Notes: a model not told the origin generated them from the letters alone. A stretch of 64,000 bases of DNA from the human T2T-CHM13v2.0 reference genome, Homo sapiens (GCF_009914755.1 NC_060939.1); one strand, 5' to 3'; counted from the stretch's first letter, positions 43,060 through 57,779 are shown. Numbers and translations: made by a program.

Positions 43060-44115
43060 AGCTCTGCTGTGATTCTGTAATTCTTTTCATTAAAACAATC
43101 TTCCATGGCTCCCCATTTCCTACAGATTTAAGTATAAAATTTGCATCCTGAAATTCAAAGTCCTTAGCTTACTTTTTGAGCTTTATCATCTATTACACTT
43201 CCCTTAGACATGTTGTATACTCCAGCCAAACTAGGAGGTGTATTATGGTCTGAACAAACTCTGGTTTTCTACTTTCTTATCCCTGTTCCTATTTTTTTTC
43301 CTCTCCTTGGAATGCCAGCTTCTTTATCTCTGCCTTTTAAAATCCTGCACACCTCTTGAAGCTCATTTCAAGTCTACCTCCTCTGTGAAGATTGAGCTAA
43401 CACCAAGGATCAGGTTGTCAAATCACTCACACAAATGAGAGACCTTTCTCAGTATCAAGCTTCACAGCTAATTCCAAGGATACAAGCATTCAAGACACAG
43501 GCAAGCAGAGAAAAGGCTGGGTCATTCCACAGGGCTTCCCACATCCTTGTTGTTGTGGACGTGTACTCTCCAACCCAGAATAATAGATGAGGTCTCTAAT
43601 GAGGGCTGCAGGTCACCTCACACAGTGGACAGCATTGAAGTTAGGAAACATCTCCACTTCATGCTCCGGAGAGTTGTATAGCTTATGTCACATTCTCTAG
43701 GGAGCCATGCATCATAAATCCATACATTGTAGGCTTGTTTACCCTAAGCAATCCTAAACCAGAGACATCCTGCATCATTATTCAATTTGCCCAGAAGTCC
43801 AGTTTTTATATTTGCAAGGATATTAGACTGAAGCATTGTCTTCTTTTTCTAGAACCATCTTCAGGAAGAAATGGATCACAGATCAATTTCTTTAACTCCT
43901 TTCCCTGCCGACACTTATGATTACTCCAGCCTTACGTAATCTTTTCCTTCTATCACTCTGTGCCTCTATCGTAGCACTATTTTTCTGCTTATTTAAATTA
44001 TCTTCTCTCCTGCAACCTGGTAGAAGGGATATGATATATTCATTTTGAGACTGTGATAGTACTTTGCAAAGTGCCTTGCATATAACAGTTATTTAATAAA
44101 CGTTGAAATGAATTA
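43060..44115 (+). mobile_element. L2 3' region, interrupted at ~43405-43915 by an unassigned, probably LTR-type insert
   Basis: CTTCCATGGCTCCCCATT...CTCCAGCCAAACT...CTACCTCCTCTGTGAAG; L2 tail GTGCCTTGCATATAACAG...AATAAACGTTGAAATGAAT. Confidence 0.65.
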
Positions 44116-45180
44116 GGAGAAAGTAAGAATTTTTTTCTTCTCATTATTTCCCACAGATAACACTGTTGAGTCCTGGACATTGGAGAGAAATCAGATAGTC
44201 CAAGTTCAAGTGGGTTTAAATATTAGCTTGTATAGATAACTTAATAAAAACTACACAGAATTTATGCTAAATCATGCAAAATTAAGTAAAGTTGAGTTCA
44301 TGGACTTTCCTTCTCATTCTTGAACACCATTTTCCTCTCTCCTCAGGTGCCTATATCTAGATCTTATTTGCAGGGATGAATGTTGCTCAAGGGAGTTGCT
44401 GGCTAAGAGACTTCACTATTACCAGGGGAGAATGTTATCTAGACACTCATCACTGAAGTATCAGAATCAGTGGTAGGACAGATAAAAGCAATAAAGCCAT
44501 GCTTCTAGGTGGGAAATTGGAAAGTAGTCAGTCAATGCGTCAACTAAAAGGATAAGGCAGAGACATAACCAGGAAACACAATGAGGACAAGGAAACACCC
44601 TAGCTGTTGAAATGAATGGTTCAATATTCAGGTCTGAAAACCTAGTATATTCTTGGAGGTATTGGTTTTCTGTGTATTTAGAAAGCTTTCCTGGGTTAAA
44701 GTCATACTTATAAAGATAGAGCTGGCCTGACCAGCAGAGTTTGCATGGTCTTCCCCACTTCTCATATACAATTTAATTCTCAATATGTAAAAATCATTGG
44801 TAATAGTTTAAGATGTCTTCCTTCTTAGGAATATGTGCATACACCCAGAATTCAGTCTTAGGCCACAATGATAAAGGGCTTATTTCTGGTTTTGGGTTGA
44901 GGAGAACTGGGGGCATAAGAACTTTCCTAACTATACTTAAATTGCCTGCTAGGATGTCGTGACATACCATCCTCTTACTTGGCTCCATAACATTGAGAAT
45001 TTATAGATATTCCCATGCTTAAGCTCTCTAATTGCTAATAAAATAATAAATTTTATGCTATTTCTTTTTCCCTACAGAGAGAACAAAAAACCCTGGAGCT
45101 ATATATACTTGGTTAATGTTTTTGTTTGCGTAACAGTGTTTCTTTCCTTATCTGTTTTAAACAGTGTGCTTCCTGGAAGT

Positions 45181-45674
45181 TGTAATTTTTTTTCTAAGAC
45201 TGCATAACAAATTACCACAAACTTAATGGCTTAGAAGAACACACATTTATTATTTTTCTCAGTTGCATGGGACAAGAGCCTAAATGTTGCTTAACTGGTT
45301 CCTCAAAATATGTTCTCATGAGACTGCAACCAAGGTGTTGGATAGGGCTGGGTTCTCACCAGAGGCTAGACCAGGGAAGGATCTGCTTCCACATTTCTTA
45401 GGTTATTAGCAGATTCATTTCCTAGCATCTTTAGGATGCATGGCAGCTTGTTTCTTCAAAGCCAACAACAGAAAGAAAGAAACTCCAGCACTTTGGGTGC
45501 TATAATAGTATGTATTGCATGTATGTAATCACTTACATCCCTTCACCTTTGCCATTTTCTACTGGTTGGGAACAAGTCACAGGGCCTTCCTACACGCTAT
45601 GGGAGGGATTACATAAAGATGTGAATACCAGAAGGTAGGGACCAGGCTGGCCACCTTAGCGTGTGTCTGCCACA
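45181..45674 (-). mobile_element. MLT1E/F-like MaLR solo LTR
   Basis: GCATAACAAATTACCACAAACTTAATGGCTTA...GGAAGGATCTGCTTCCA...GTGAATACCAGAAGG...TCTGCCACA. Confidence 0.85.
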
Positions 45675-46777
45675 GAGGTAGATATAATGCTTTTTATATA
45701 AATTCAAAGTAAAATCAGTTTATATGCACATAGATTCTTCATGACTGTGTGCTGGTGATGACTCAAATGATAATGAAGATCATGGAAATGCAGAATCAGA
45801 ATCAGATGTTAGTGATTTGTCTAAGGGCTCTAAGTAAGAAAGAGTAGCTGAAGATGAGAGGTCTGCTCTGGCATTATTTAACTTGACATATGTCATGTAT
45901 GCTGATGAAATGCTTTCTAACTAGGAGCCTAATTTCCATCCTATGCATCTCATAAGCTTGGAGAGTTCTTATTCCTTCAACAGTGTTTTAGGTACCTATG
46001 TTTTCCATGTCTTCTGCTGTGATTTAGACATATAGGAAGTGGCTAAACTACTTACATTTTCTGAAATCATGGAAAGGAGAATACTACACTAGTAACTTGA
46101 GGCTGCTTTGGGTTTTGAAAATAACAAATCTACAATAAGAACACTGATGTTGCTTGCCAATGTTGAAGAATTTTATAACCAGCAAAGGACTTGTGTGGGA
46201 GAACAGACCCCCTTTTCCCACTGTATCAAGAGCTTTTTATTATTGTCTTGTTTACCCTAAACTTACTAAAAGTAAAAAAAATGTGAGGAGGAAGGGCATA
46301 GAAAAAACTCCCAATTTAGACATTTTCTGTGGGAATCATTTCAAAGATCTGCATTTAAGACCTACTTCAAACAATGTGCTGTCACTACTAACTGCCAAGA
46401 AGAAATTACACCTATAGAAAAAGAGAGCACTTGAATTTCCAAATTACATGGCCTTAATTTTTCTTTCACTACTGCTACCTTTCACGTATTCTGTGACTGC
46501 CAAACAGGACCATCAAATGCTCTTTGAACATGAGCTACATTTTCCTGCCATTTCTTACCCTGCTGAAAATGTTCTCTCTGCTTCTGTTGCTATTTGTCCT
46601 TTTGTATCTATTTCTGCATTTCAAATCTTCTTTTGTATTTGTCTCTGCATTTAAAATTTTAGCTCAAAAACTACCACACTTTTTAGTTTTCTGATTGCTC
46701 TATCATCCTTTATATTCTCATAGTGCCTGGCAACCCTCCTATGGCTCTTGTGGCCACATTGTATTCCATAGATTTTT

Positions 46778-47614
46778 TTTTTAAATTCATATAGCATAAA
46801 ATTGACCACTATAAAGTGCAAAATTCAATGGCTTTTAGTACATTCATGATATTATGTAACTGTCACCCCTATTTTACTATCTTATTCCCAAGCACTTCTA
46901 CCACCTCTCCCCCTCTCCCCTACCACACACACAAAACACCCTGTACCCATTAAGCTGTCAATCCTCATTTCTTCCAATCCTGGCAACCACTAGTATGCTT
47001 TGTGTCTCCGATGAATTTGCCTATTCTGGATATTTGAAATAAATAATACAATATGTGGCTTTATATATATGGTTTCCTTCACTTAGTGTAGTGTTTTCAA
47101 GATTTATCCATGATGTAGTATATATTAATAATTTTTATGGCTGAATAATATTTCATTATGCAGATATAACACATTTTGTTCATCCATTTATAAGTTGATA
47201 GACATTTGGGTTGTTTCCACTTTTTGCACTTCTTAGTTTTTATGAATAATGCTACTGTGAACATTTATGTAGAAGTTTTTTTTTGAACACCTGTGTTCCA
47301 TTCTGTTGAGTATACACCTAGAAATGTAATTGCTGGGTCACATGGTAGCTCTATGTTTAACATTTTGAGAAACTGCCATACTGTTTTCCAGAGCAGCTGC
47401 CTCATTTTATATTCCCACCAACAAAGTATCTTGTTATTTTCTGTGTGTGTGTGTGTGTGTGTGTATGTGTGTATGTATGCCTGTTTTAATTCTAGCCATC
47501 TTAATGGGTATGAAGTGGTATCTTGTGGTTTTGAATTGCATTTCCTGGATGACTAATGATGTTGACTATCTTTTTATATGTTTGTTGGCTGTTGCATATC
47601 TTCTTTGGTGATAA
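46778..47614 (-). mobile_element. L1MB-type 3' fragment with internal (TG)n
   Basis: AATTCAATGGCTTTTAGTACATTCA...TGGCAACCACTAGT...; 13-bp TSD TCCATAGATTTTT at 46765-46777 and 47615-47627. Confidence 0.9.
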
Positions 47615-47959
47615 TCCATAGATTTTTATGTTGATTTCTTTTTTTAATACACAAATTAAATTTTTATTTAAATTATTATTAATTAGGAAACTGGAAAGAT
47701 GTTGATAATCAATTCAAAGAATAATCCAAAGAGCAGACATTTATAGATTGGTAATGTTGAAAGGAAACCACAAATGGAAGGAAATATTTTTTTCCCATGC
47801 TATTCCCTCTTCCTGGGATTCTTAATCACTCTCTCATTCACTTTAAGTAGAAAGTTTCTCAACTTTCAGCTCTATCCTCAAACATCACCTCATCAAACTA
47901 AAGTGTGTTGTCATATTCCATACTATTTTTGATCTACCCTCATTTGGCCAAAACTAAAT

Positions 47960-48690
47960 TGAATAGGAAAAAACAAACTGTTTTTCCTACTCTCACAAAC
48001 TCCCTCAACACAGAACACTTATGATCACCAAAATGTGTGGAGATTTCTCCCCACCAACAACAAGTACTCAGCAGAAACTGCTAGGTATGCTTCAATTTAA
48101 ATCAATTCTCACAGTCTCTACCTGGAGTTAACATCAGATCCTACAGCTTTCGGCCTTAGTCCCACAAGACTGCCCTCCACTTCACATGCCAATCACAAGT
48201 CCCAAGTTGTGACCTGTACTTCTGGCCAACTAACAATAAGTTAGGGGTTTCCTTGACACCACTCCTTGGCATATATTAATTAGCTAGAGTGGCTCACAGA
48301 ATTCAAGGAAACTCCTTACTTACTATTATCACTGTATAACAAAGAATATGTTAAGGTATAAAAATGAAGAAGCAGATGGAGAGATCCATAGAACAAGATT
48401 TGGAAGGGTCCTAAGCGTAAGGGTTTCTGTCCACATGGAGTTGAGGTACACTTCCCTCCCAGCAGTGGATGTTCATCAGCCCAATCCAGGAGCTCATCAA
48501 ATCAGGTTCTTTTAGGTTTTTCTGGAGGCCTCATTACATAGATACACTTGATTAAATTATTGATCATTGTTGATCAACTCAAACTTTATTCCCTTTTCTG
48601 TCCTTGATGGGCGGGTGGGGTTGAAAGTTGCTAACATCTAATTACACGATTTTTTCCCCCTGTGAATTTGTGCCCATCATGAAGCTTTCC
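47960..48690 (-). mobile_element. MER21-like LTR
   Basis: CTACCTGGAGTTAACATCAGATCC...AGTCCCACAAGACTGCC...GCTAGAGTGGCTCACAGAATTCAAGGAAAC. Confidence 0.8.
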
Positions 48691-48869
48691 CTGCCCTGGT
48701 AGAAATTCCTTCTTGTTTTTCCTCTTTATACATTTGACATATTTGTTAGAAGTAAAATGGTTAAAATCAGAAAATAAGATAGAAAACATAACCACTGGTG
48801 ATGGATCAATGTAGATGTTGCACAGTGGGTATTCAGTTAGTGTGTGCTGAATGCTTTCTGTATACCAGT

Positions 48870-49196
48870 TTGGTGGTTATCAGAGGCTGGGAAGGGTAGG
48901 GGTTGGAGGCGATGAAGACAAGTTGATTAGTGGGTACAAAAATACAGGTAGAGAGATGAAATAAGACCTAGTCTTCATTAAATCAGTAGAGTGACTATAG
49001 TAAACAGCAATCTGTTGTTATTACAAAGCAGCTAGTAGACAATAATTTGAATGTTTCTAGCATAAAGAAAAGATAAATATTTGAAGTGATGGATATACCA
49101 ATTACCTTGATTTGATTATTACACATTAATATAAATGTATCAAAATATCACATGTACCCCAAAATATGCATATCTATTATGAATCAATTTCAAAAG
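48870..49196 (+). mobile_element. L1MA 3'UTR fragment
   Basis: GGTGGTTATCAGAGGCTGGGAAGGGTAG...GTGATGGATATACCAATTACCTTGATTTG...CACATGTACCCC. Confidence 0.88.
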
Positions 49197-49254
49197 GGCA
49201 AACATTGTGTGATTTCATTTATATGAAGTACCTTAAGGACAAGCTCATGGAGTT

Positions 49255-49392
49255 ACTTTCTTATCTCTCTCCTGAGACTACAAGTTTCTTGAGGACAGGA
49301 AATATGTCACTAATCTTTGAATCGCTCAGGGGCTTTGTTAAATAGTTCAGGGCACACTAAGTGCTCAGCAAATACTTATTGATCTGAATTTA
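49255..49392 (+). mobile_element. L2 3' end
   Basis: AGACTACAAGTTTCTTGAGGACAGG...GGCACACTAAGTGCTCAGCAAATACTTATTGATCTGAAT. Confidence 0.7.
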
Positions 49393-50014
49393 GAAGTCTC
49401 AACAAAATTTGTTGTATTGCCTGAGTCAGCCCAGAAGTGAAGTCTTCACATCATATTATTTTAGTATAAAACTATTCTTACTTAGGATATCAGCAGACTC
49501 TCTGTTAATATGTCCGTTGGCTTTCAGTGACATCTGAATTGTTGACTGCATGTTTATTGAAACATTTTTCTGGCTTTAGGATGTCATACTTCCCTAGATT
49601 TACTTTCTACTTCTCCATTTACTGCTTTTCAGTCTCTTTGGTAGACTCTTCTTCTCTGATGAGCACTTAAAGATGAGCACTTAAAGATGAGCATTCCCTG
49701 GATGTTTGTCCTTGGAAATCTGTTTACACTGGTACTAGTTCTTCCCAAATGCTTGTCCTCAAATAGTGTCATTTCATGATAGCCATTTTTTCAATGAAGG
49801 TCAGTGTAATGAGTCTTTTATCTACGTTAATTGGTTAATTGGGAGGACTGTCCTTCGTTTTAGGATTGTGTTATCAATACTTTTTTTGTGTCGAAATATC
49901 TGTCTTCTACTTCTATGAAACAGTAATAATAGTAAAGGCTACTTATATAGACTTTTAATGTCCTTAACAAATTAAAAATTTAGCAACGCTCACAATCATT
50001 TAAGAATGTACCAG

Positions 50015-50908
50015 TCAAGCAGTGTAATGTACAGCATTTCCAGAATGAAGGATAAAAGCATATGACCATGTCAACTGATGCAGAAAAAGCATTTGACAAA
50101 TTTCTACATCCTTTCATGATAAAAGATGTCAACAAAATAGGTATAGAAGGAAACTTCCTCAATATGATAACTGCCATTTACAAATGCCCACAGCTAATAT
50201 TATAATCAATGAGAAAAAACGTTTCCTCTAAGATCTGGTATAAGACAAGGATGCCCACTCTTCTGAATAGAAGTGGTGAGCACTTCTATTCAATATAGTT
50301 CTGGAAGTACTAGCTAGAGCAATTAGACAAGGAAAAGAAATAAAAGGCATCTAAATTGTAAAGGAAAAGTAAAATTATCCCCATTTGCAGATGACATGAT
50401 CCTAGATGTAGCAAACCTTAAAGACTTCTCCCAAAAAACCTGTTAAAACTAATAAAGTCAGTAAACTAGCAGGATTAAAAAAAATCAATATACAAAAATT
50501 GGTTGCATTTCTTTATACCAACAATGATGTATCTGAAACAGAAATCAGGAAAACAATCCCAGTTATGATAGCATCAACATGAATAAAATAACCATTTAAT
50601 CAAGGAAATGAAAGATCTGTACACTGAAAATCAAAAAACACTGATGAAAGAAAGAAGATACAAATAAATAAAAAGATATATTATATTTGTGGAGTGGAAG
50701 AATTAGTAGTGTCAAAATATCCTTAATACCTAAAGTGATGTGCAGATTCAGTGCAAATCCCTATCAAAATTTCCATGGCACTTTTCACAGAAATAGAAAA
50801 AAATAATAATTCTAAAATTTATATGGGACTACAGTAGACCCTGAATAGACAAACAACCTTGAGAAAGAAAAACAAAGTTGGAGGCTTCACACTAATTTCA
50901 AATTATAT
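50015..50908 (+). mobile_element. L1M ORF2 (reverse transcriptase) fragment
   Basis: GATGCAGAAAAAGCATTTGACAAA (DAEKAFDK), ACAAGGATGCCCACT (QGCPL), TTTGCAGATGACATGAT (FADDM). Confidence 0.92.
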
Positions 50909-51043
50909 TGATATCCTGTTCTATACTTATTCCCTTGGTATCATAGTCAGGGTTCCTCAAAGGAATAGACCTAATAAGGACATATATACATATTTATATA
51001 TATATAAAAGGGGATTTATTATGGGAATTGGCTCATGTAGTTA

Positions 51044-51693
<650 letters not shown>

Positions 51694-52142
51694 TTGTGTG
51701 TGTGTGTGTGTGTGTGTGTGTATTTAAAAAAAGTAGAAAGAAGTTCCATGATATAGCATCATCTGCAAGCTGGATAATCAGGGAAGCTGGTGGTATAATT
51801 CAATCTAAGTCCAAAGTCATGAGAACCATGGGAGCCAATGGTATAACTCTCAGTCCAAAGTCAAAAGCCTGAACACCTGGTGTTCTGACATCCAGGGGCA
51901 ATAGAAGAAGGATGTTCCAGTCCCAGAGGAGAAAGTGAATTCACCTGTCCTCTGCTTTTTTGTTCTATCTGGGTCCTCAACAGATTGGATGAAATTGGTG
52001 AAGGTAGATCTTCCTTACTTAATCTGCAGATTCAAGTGCTGAACTCTTCTGGAAACACCTCCACAGACATATCCAGAGATTTTACTTTAGCAGCTATGTG
52101 AGTATCCCTTAACCAAGTTGACACCTAAAATTAACCATCACA

Positions 52143-52500
52143 TTGGTAATCTCATTCATTGACATAACTTCAATTATGATACACATGATGATGACTTCCA
52201 AGTCACAAATGTCTCTATTCAACTCAAATATGTATATCCAATTTCTTATCAAATAATTCTCCCTCCATGTTCCATGATAGTTTTTGATTTAGCACATATA
52301 ATCTTGATCTCATCGACCATGCACCCACCTACCTCCCTCTCTTTCATATTTCCTATCTCATTGAATGGCATCATCTGGTCTCTTAAGTCAGAAGCTGGGA
52401 AACCCCTTTAGGTTCCCTCTTCTTCAACGTATTTTCCACACCTTATTACAAACTATTTGTATTTTTATTTTTATAATATTCCTACAGACAATCCACTTCA
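52143..52500 (+). mobile_element. L2 fragment (host of the MLT2)
   Basis: GGTAATCTCATTCA...ATGATGACTTCCAA...TTCCTATCTCATTGAATGGCATCA. Confidence 0.65.
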
Positions 52501-52809
52501 CTCAGTTTCTCATTTTCTTCGTGCTACCTTATTTCAGACTACTGTCAACAACTCATCATCCATTCAATATACATTTTTAATCTCTGTTGTGTTTCAAGCA
52601 CTGGAGGTACAACGTGAAAACAATTTGAGAGCCTATTTTGAGGGAACAATTTTAAAGTTACTGGGCCTTTTGGGCATTAAAACATAGTTTAGGTTATGAT
52701 TTATTTTAAAATCATGAGTATTTGGAGATTTTTTTTGCTGTGCTTAGTGGGTACTGTGTGTATTTTAGAGACTGACATTGAAAACCTTTTGGTTTGGGGA
52801 GTTTTAAAG

Positions 52810-52880
52810 TAAATGACTCATGTTGAGGAAAGAGGTTATTACCTAAATCTGGACTGCGGCCTAAGGAAATTCCCTTAACC
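52810..52880. promoter_or_regulatory. Putative inducible enhancer core (AP-1 + ETS + NF-kB)
   Basis: ATGACTCAT 52813-52821, GAGGAA 52825, GGAAATTCCC (reverse complement GGGAATTTCC) 52865-52874, in unique DNA. Confidence 0.45.
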
Positions 52881-54484
52881 TCTATTCTGGTTTCCTATTT
52901 CAAAATGGTTGTGTAGGAGGCTAATGGAAGTTAGTTGGTTGCTATGATCCAAAAACTCTATGGGTGAAAATTTAAAGTACAGATTTCTTATTTAATCGTT
53001 AAACAGCTTTAGTTGTGAGTTCTATGTCCTGGTATAATGGATCCTGATTATTAATGCATTAAATATGCATTCAGTGAATTCAAATGTTGCTAATTATTCT
53101 TTTACCAATCAAAGAAAACTCAAAGCATGGGATTAAGAGGGGTTGGCCAAAAGTATTTGGACCAGGTTGCATACCAGGACCATGAAGAAATTGAGAACAG
53201 AGCCTACATCTTTTATACTATGGTTCAAAGCAAGGGCTGTTGGAATGTGCTGCTTCTCCAAAGTAGGACTTATGAAAAAATGAGGGTCCCAGCATAGGGG
53301 AAGCATCAATGTCCTGAAGAAAAAGGAGAAGCTTCTGACTGGGTTCCAGGGAGACAAGCAGAAAAGAAGCAGAACTATCTGGAATGGATGATTACACCAT
53401 CTGCTTTTGCAGTCTTACCTTGGGCAGTGTCCAGTACTTGATGTTTTAGGAGGAAAAAAAAATCTATCACTTTTTATATTTTTCACTTGGTAAATCATTA
53501 AAATCTGGAAACTATCCTCTGTAATACATTTTTTTGGCTAGGTTTTTCCCTTTGAGTCTTGATTGAGTTTTTACACTGATACAGAGCTTAAAAATATTAA
53601 TGAAAATATTTCTTCTGTCAAAAGGCTGGAATGCATGAGTATTGTCAGTTTGCAGGTAATACGGCTATTTTGCAAAAATTCAGTATGATGGAGGGTGCCT
53701 AGACAGTCTAGGAAATTTTGCAGAAAGGGTACAAATACTTCACATGTCCTAATCGTCTTGAGATTTACCACTCGGATTTATATTTTTAGTAGTGGCTTGA
53801 TTTTTGTTAGCTATTTCAGTTTTATTCTGGGTCAAAAAATGAACAGAAGAAATTTAGAGGAGGAACAATAAATATATGGAACAACTTTCTTTATAATCCT
53901 TAACTCTCAGGGTGAGTACATGGAGATTGCCATCATTAAAACTAAAATATTACAGATTCAGAAAGTTACTGTTGGTTATAGCATTTGTTCAGGGTCCCCA
54001 AGGGTATGTTTTACTTCTGAGTTGATGGTCTAGGATGTGATGTTTTTGAACAATGTTCCCTAATCAGAAATGAAAGGATAGAATTCATTGACAATAACTG
54101 CGAGGACATTTCCAGTTATCCTCTTCCCTGACTTTGGGGCCATTTTATAGAATCATAGCAGTTTGGGAGTCAAAGGGACTATCATAATAAAATCAAACTT
54201 TTTCAGTTTTGAGTCCAATCTTTGGCCTCAGAATCTTCAATTTCGTAACTTTTTCATGATCATTAAGTTGTCAGTGGTGCAACTGTGACTAGAACTGGAT
54301 CCCCACTCCTTGTCCAGAGTTCTTTCCTCTTACCTGATTGCCAGTATTCTCCTTTCTTTGTTGATAATTTTCTTCAAAATCTTCTTTGAAGCAAATGAAC
54401 AAAAACAGTTTCAAATGGCTGCTTGCCAACTATTTCCTCACGTGAACTCCATTTTTATTCTTTCACTAAGTTCTTTTGATAAAG

Positions 54485-54645
54485 AGAATCATAGACTATT
54501 AGACATGGAAAGGATATTCATGGATTCTAATCTCCTTATTTAACAAATACGAAAACCAAGACCTAGGCAGTCAACTTGCCTGAGGCCACAGATAATGGTA
54601 ACATTAGAATATGAACTAAGGATTCCTGTGAATTTAGTGATTTTT
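54485..54645 (-). mobile_element. MIR3/MIR fragment (a second, weaker one at ~54145-54330)
   Basis: AGAATCATAGA...GGAAAGGA...ACTTGCCTGAGGCCACA. Confidence 0.6.
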
Positions 54646-57600
54646 TTTTTTTTTTTGCAGAGAACTTCACTACCTTGAAAGAACCATCTCTTTTTCTAAG
54701 TCATGTACATACCAGTTAAACACATTATGACTATTAATTAAACAAAAACCTCAGGACTTCAGATTCTATGAGACACAGAATATCATGTCTCTTAGAGAAT
54801 GTGTGAGAAAAGAAAAGAGCAAAAATTTAAAGAAACAAAGTGATAAATAAAATCAATATTTAAAGGGGAGCTTAAATGAAATCCCAGAGATGAATGATTC
54901 GTGCTTTTAACAATTTATGGGCTAATTAATTAGCAGCTTTCCTGATGTTAAACTTTGGTGTCCGATATTTTTTCCTCTGGAAAATACAAGGATACCAGCT
55001 TGTTCTAAGGCTCCAAGCCATTCCCCGTGGACTGTTCTTGGCCTCTGCCTTCACAGACCATAACTTGAAAAAGAAAATTGACAGACAGAAAGAAAAACCC
55101 TTAACAGCTGGAGCTTTAATTTACCTACATGAGTAAAAATATTTCAGTGTCTGAGATTTCTCCTGGGTTGCCCTATATGGAAGTAGAACAAGAAGCCAGA
55201 GGAAAAATCACACAAAAAGCTTTTACAAGAAACATTATAAAAAGAGCAAATCCTGAGAATTGTGTTTAATAACAGCAATGATGAATTTCCTGGCAGTCAG
55301 TACCAAGCAGTTAAAGACCAACCATCATGTGAGAGAGGCTGGATTAGTTAGAATGGTCTACAGCAGCCTAATAAAGAGCGCCAGAAGATTTATTCTCTCA
55401 TACATATAATTTTGAGATATGAATGATTCTATATTTAAGAAATGATTCACATTAATTTATACTAAGAGATTCTAGTTTGACTTAAAGCAGGGCCTGAAAA
55501 ATTGAAGAATAATGCTTTGAACCACCAAGTTAGTGCCCCACAGAATATTTTAAAATTATTTAACACACATCATCTCAGTGTCAACAACTCATCACAGATA
55601 AACTATCTAATTAACAGAACCCTTCATAGTATTTGATAACTGAGTCTTGGCTCGGTTTTTATACCAGAAGGGCAATCCTTGATAAGCAGAAATTATAAAA
55701 GCAGATTTTTAAAGGCATTAATTCAAAAATAGAATCAAACTGATTTCAAATTAACCCCCTGTTGGTATTTAAACTTATTTAAAACCACTTGGCTTAAAGA
55801 TAACACTTGGAGAGGCTGCTTTCGACCAGAGTCAGGCTTTGTCTAGACTGTCAGCCTCTGTATTTTTATTTCCTTTGTTGTGTACCAGCCTCCTCATACC
55901 CAGGGTAATTGATATGGGTCTTGTGCTAGGGACAGATGAGTGTATCCTGTCATTGAAGCCCTTCACAAGATGCCTTAATTATTGGAGCTAATTTGAAGAT
56001 TTGTGCTCTGTGGTCTACTTAGGAAGCTCAATTGTTTTCTTTTCCCAATTCCGTGTTGGCAACACTTTCAATAACGAATCCAATAAAGAATTAGTATTTG
56101 GCTCCCTGTGGTCATGGAAAAAGGACAGCAAGAATAAGCAACAATAATAATTCCTTTTTGTATAGATTTTTTTTAATGTGACCAAGTTATTGCTTCAGTT
56201 TTGGGACAAAGACTCATGAAAAAGTAGAAGTGGAATCTTAATAATTTCCATAAGGGATTGTAACACGATTCTTTGATCTCTGCTGCTAATTAATATCCAT
56301 TTTGCAATGAAATAAAATGTAGTTTCTAATGGAGAGAATTCAGGATAAAGAAAAGGGAAGGCAGATCCATTGAAAATGATGTTTAGATTACAAAATGAGA
56401 AGCAAGATGAAACACAATTAAATAATCAATGTTGCAATTAGGTAAATCAAATTACCAAACTCTCAATATAGAGAATTGGTGGATGTGAACCCTGGTCAGG
56501 AATCTACTCTTATATTTCTTTGTGACCATAAGTTTCACTAAGGTTTGCTGAATCTTATTCTACATAATAGCTGGAAAATTAGAGATAGCTGCATATTAAC
56601 AGAAGAATGCACCTTTCAGGATCACAAACAATATATACTGGATGCTTCCATTTTGGTGTTACGGATGTGTCAGTGCACAGATGGTTGATACATAAGTATC
56701 AGTTGTAATTATCTTTGGGTGGCAAAACTATAAATAATTTTTTATGTGTGTGTTTAGCTGTATTTTCTAAAATGAGTATGCATCACTTTTATCATAGTAA
56801 AATAGTTAATATTTGTAAAGTGCCTGCTTTGTGATATTCTTTCAGATATGTACATCCTGACTTTCAACATTCAGTTGGGGGAAATTAGGGTAGATAATAT
56901 AAATAAAATTTCAGCTAGTTCATTCTTTCTACAATGCTGATTTCTGGGGTTGATTATTATTTAGATATTTACCTTATGTCTAAAAACTATTATTCAGACA
57001 CCGAGCAGACAGACATGGAACATCTCTTGGGACCTTGTGTCTGATACACATAAATTCAAACAGTTTTAAAACTCTTCCACGTCTTCCTCTTACCTACTAC
57101 TGTTTGCTAATAAGTAGACTGAGAAAAGGGAAACTATAGCAGTGCAGTTTTTCAATTTTACATTAACACAGTAAAACTTTGCAAGGGGACAGAAGGATAT
57201 AGATTGTGTTTATGGAGGGATTTTCTTGATGCCCAACTTGTGAATTGGCTCTTCTTGGCAAATGGACTTTGATACAGAATGACTTCTCAAGTAATTATCT
57301 AGGAGAGAAACTTCAGTTCTGCAGATTACCTTCTTGTGGTTAAGATCATGTCTTTTAACGAGGAATAACTTACCTTAATGAATATTTGAGAAGATTCCAG
57401 TATCTCATTTGAAACCTAATATCAAGAACTATTTTTTTTTTAGTCACTATGCAGTGACTCTGTGCCAAGGTCACTGCACAGTGATTATTCATGTATTTGC
57501 AAGCCAGTATTTATCAATCTCTTAGTTTTTTTTCTTCTCTAGATCTAATTTTCTCATTTACCGTAGAGAATATCTGTCTTCTATTTCTCCCTGTGAGTCT

Positions 57601-57687
57601 TCTTTGGTCCTATGCGGAGGCCATCAATATGGTACTATATATTGAAATTCTCAAATTTTAATTTGAGAACCGAGGCAATAATTCTTA

Positions 57688-57765
57688 ACAGTTATGGTTC
57701 AAAATGACATGTGGAACCCCATTCCTGGAGATACTGATTTTGTAGGTCTAGAGTGAGACCCAAGC
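57688..57765. mobile_element. MER5A-like hAT fragment
   Basis: GGAGATACTGATTTTGTAGGTCTAGAGTGAGACCCAAG. Confidence 0.5.
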
Positions 57766-57779
57766 TTTCCCTTATATTT

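Noticed and set aside
49658-49693. 14-bp unit GATGAGCACTTAAA x2.6 (also 12 bp x2 at 33649-33672)
   Set aside because: Ordinary slippage duplications with no spacers; not CRISPR-like.
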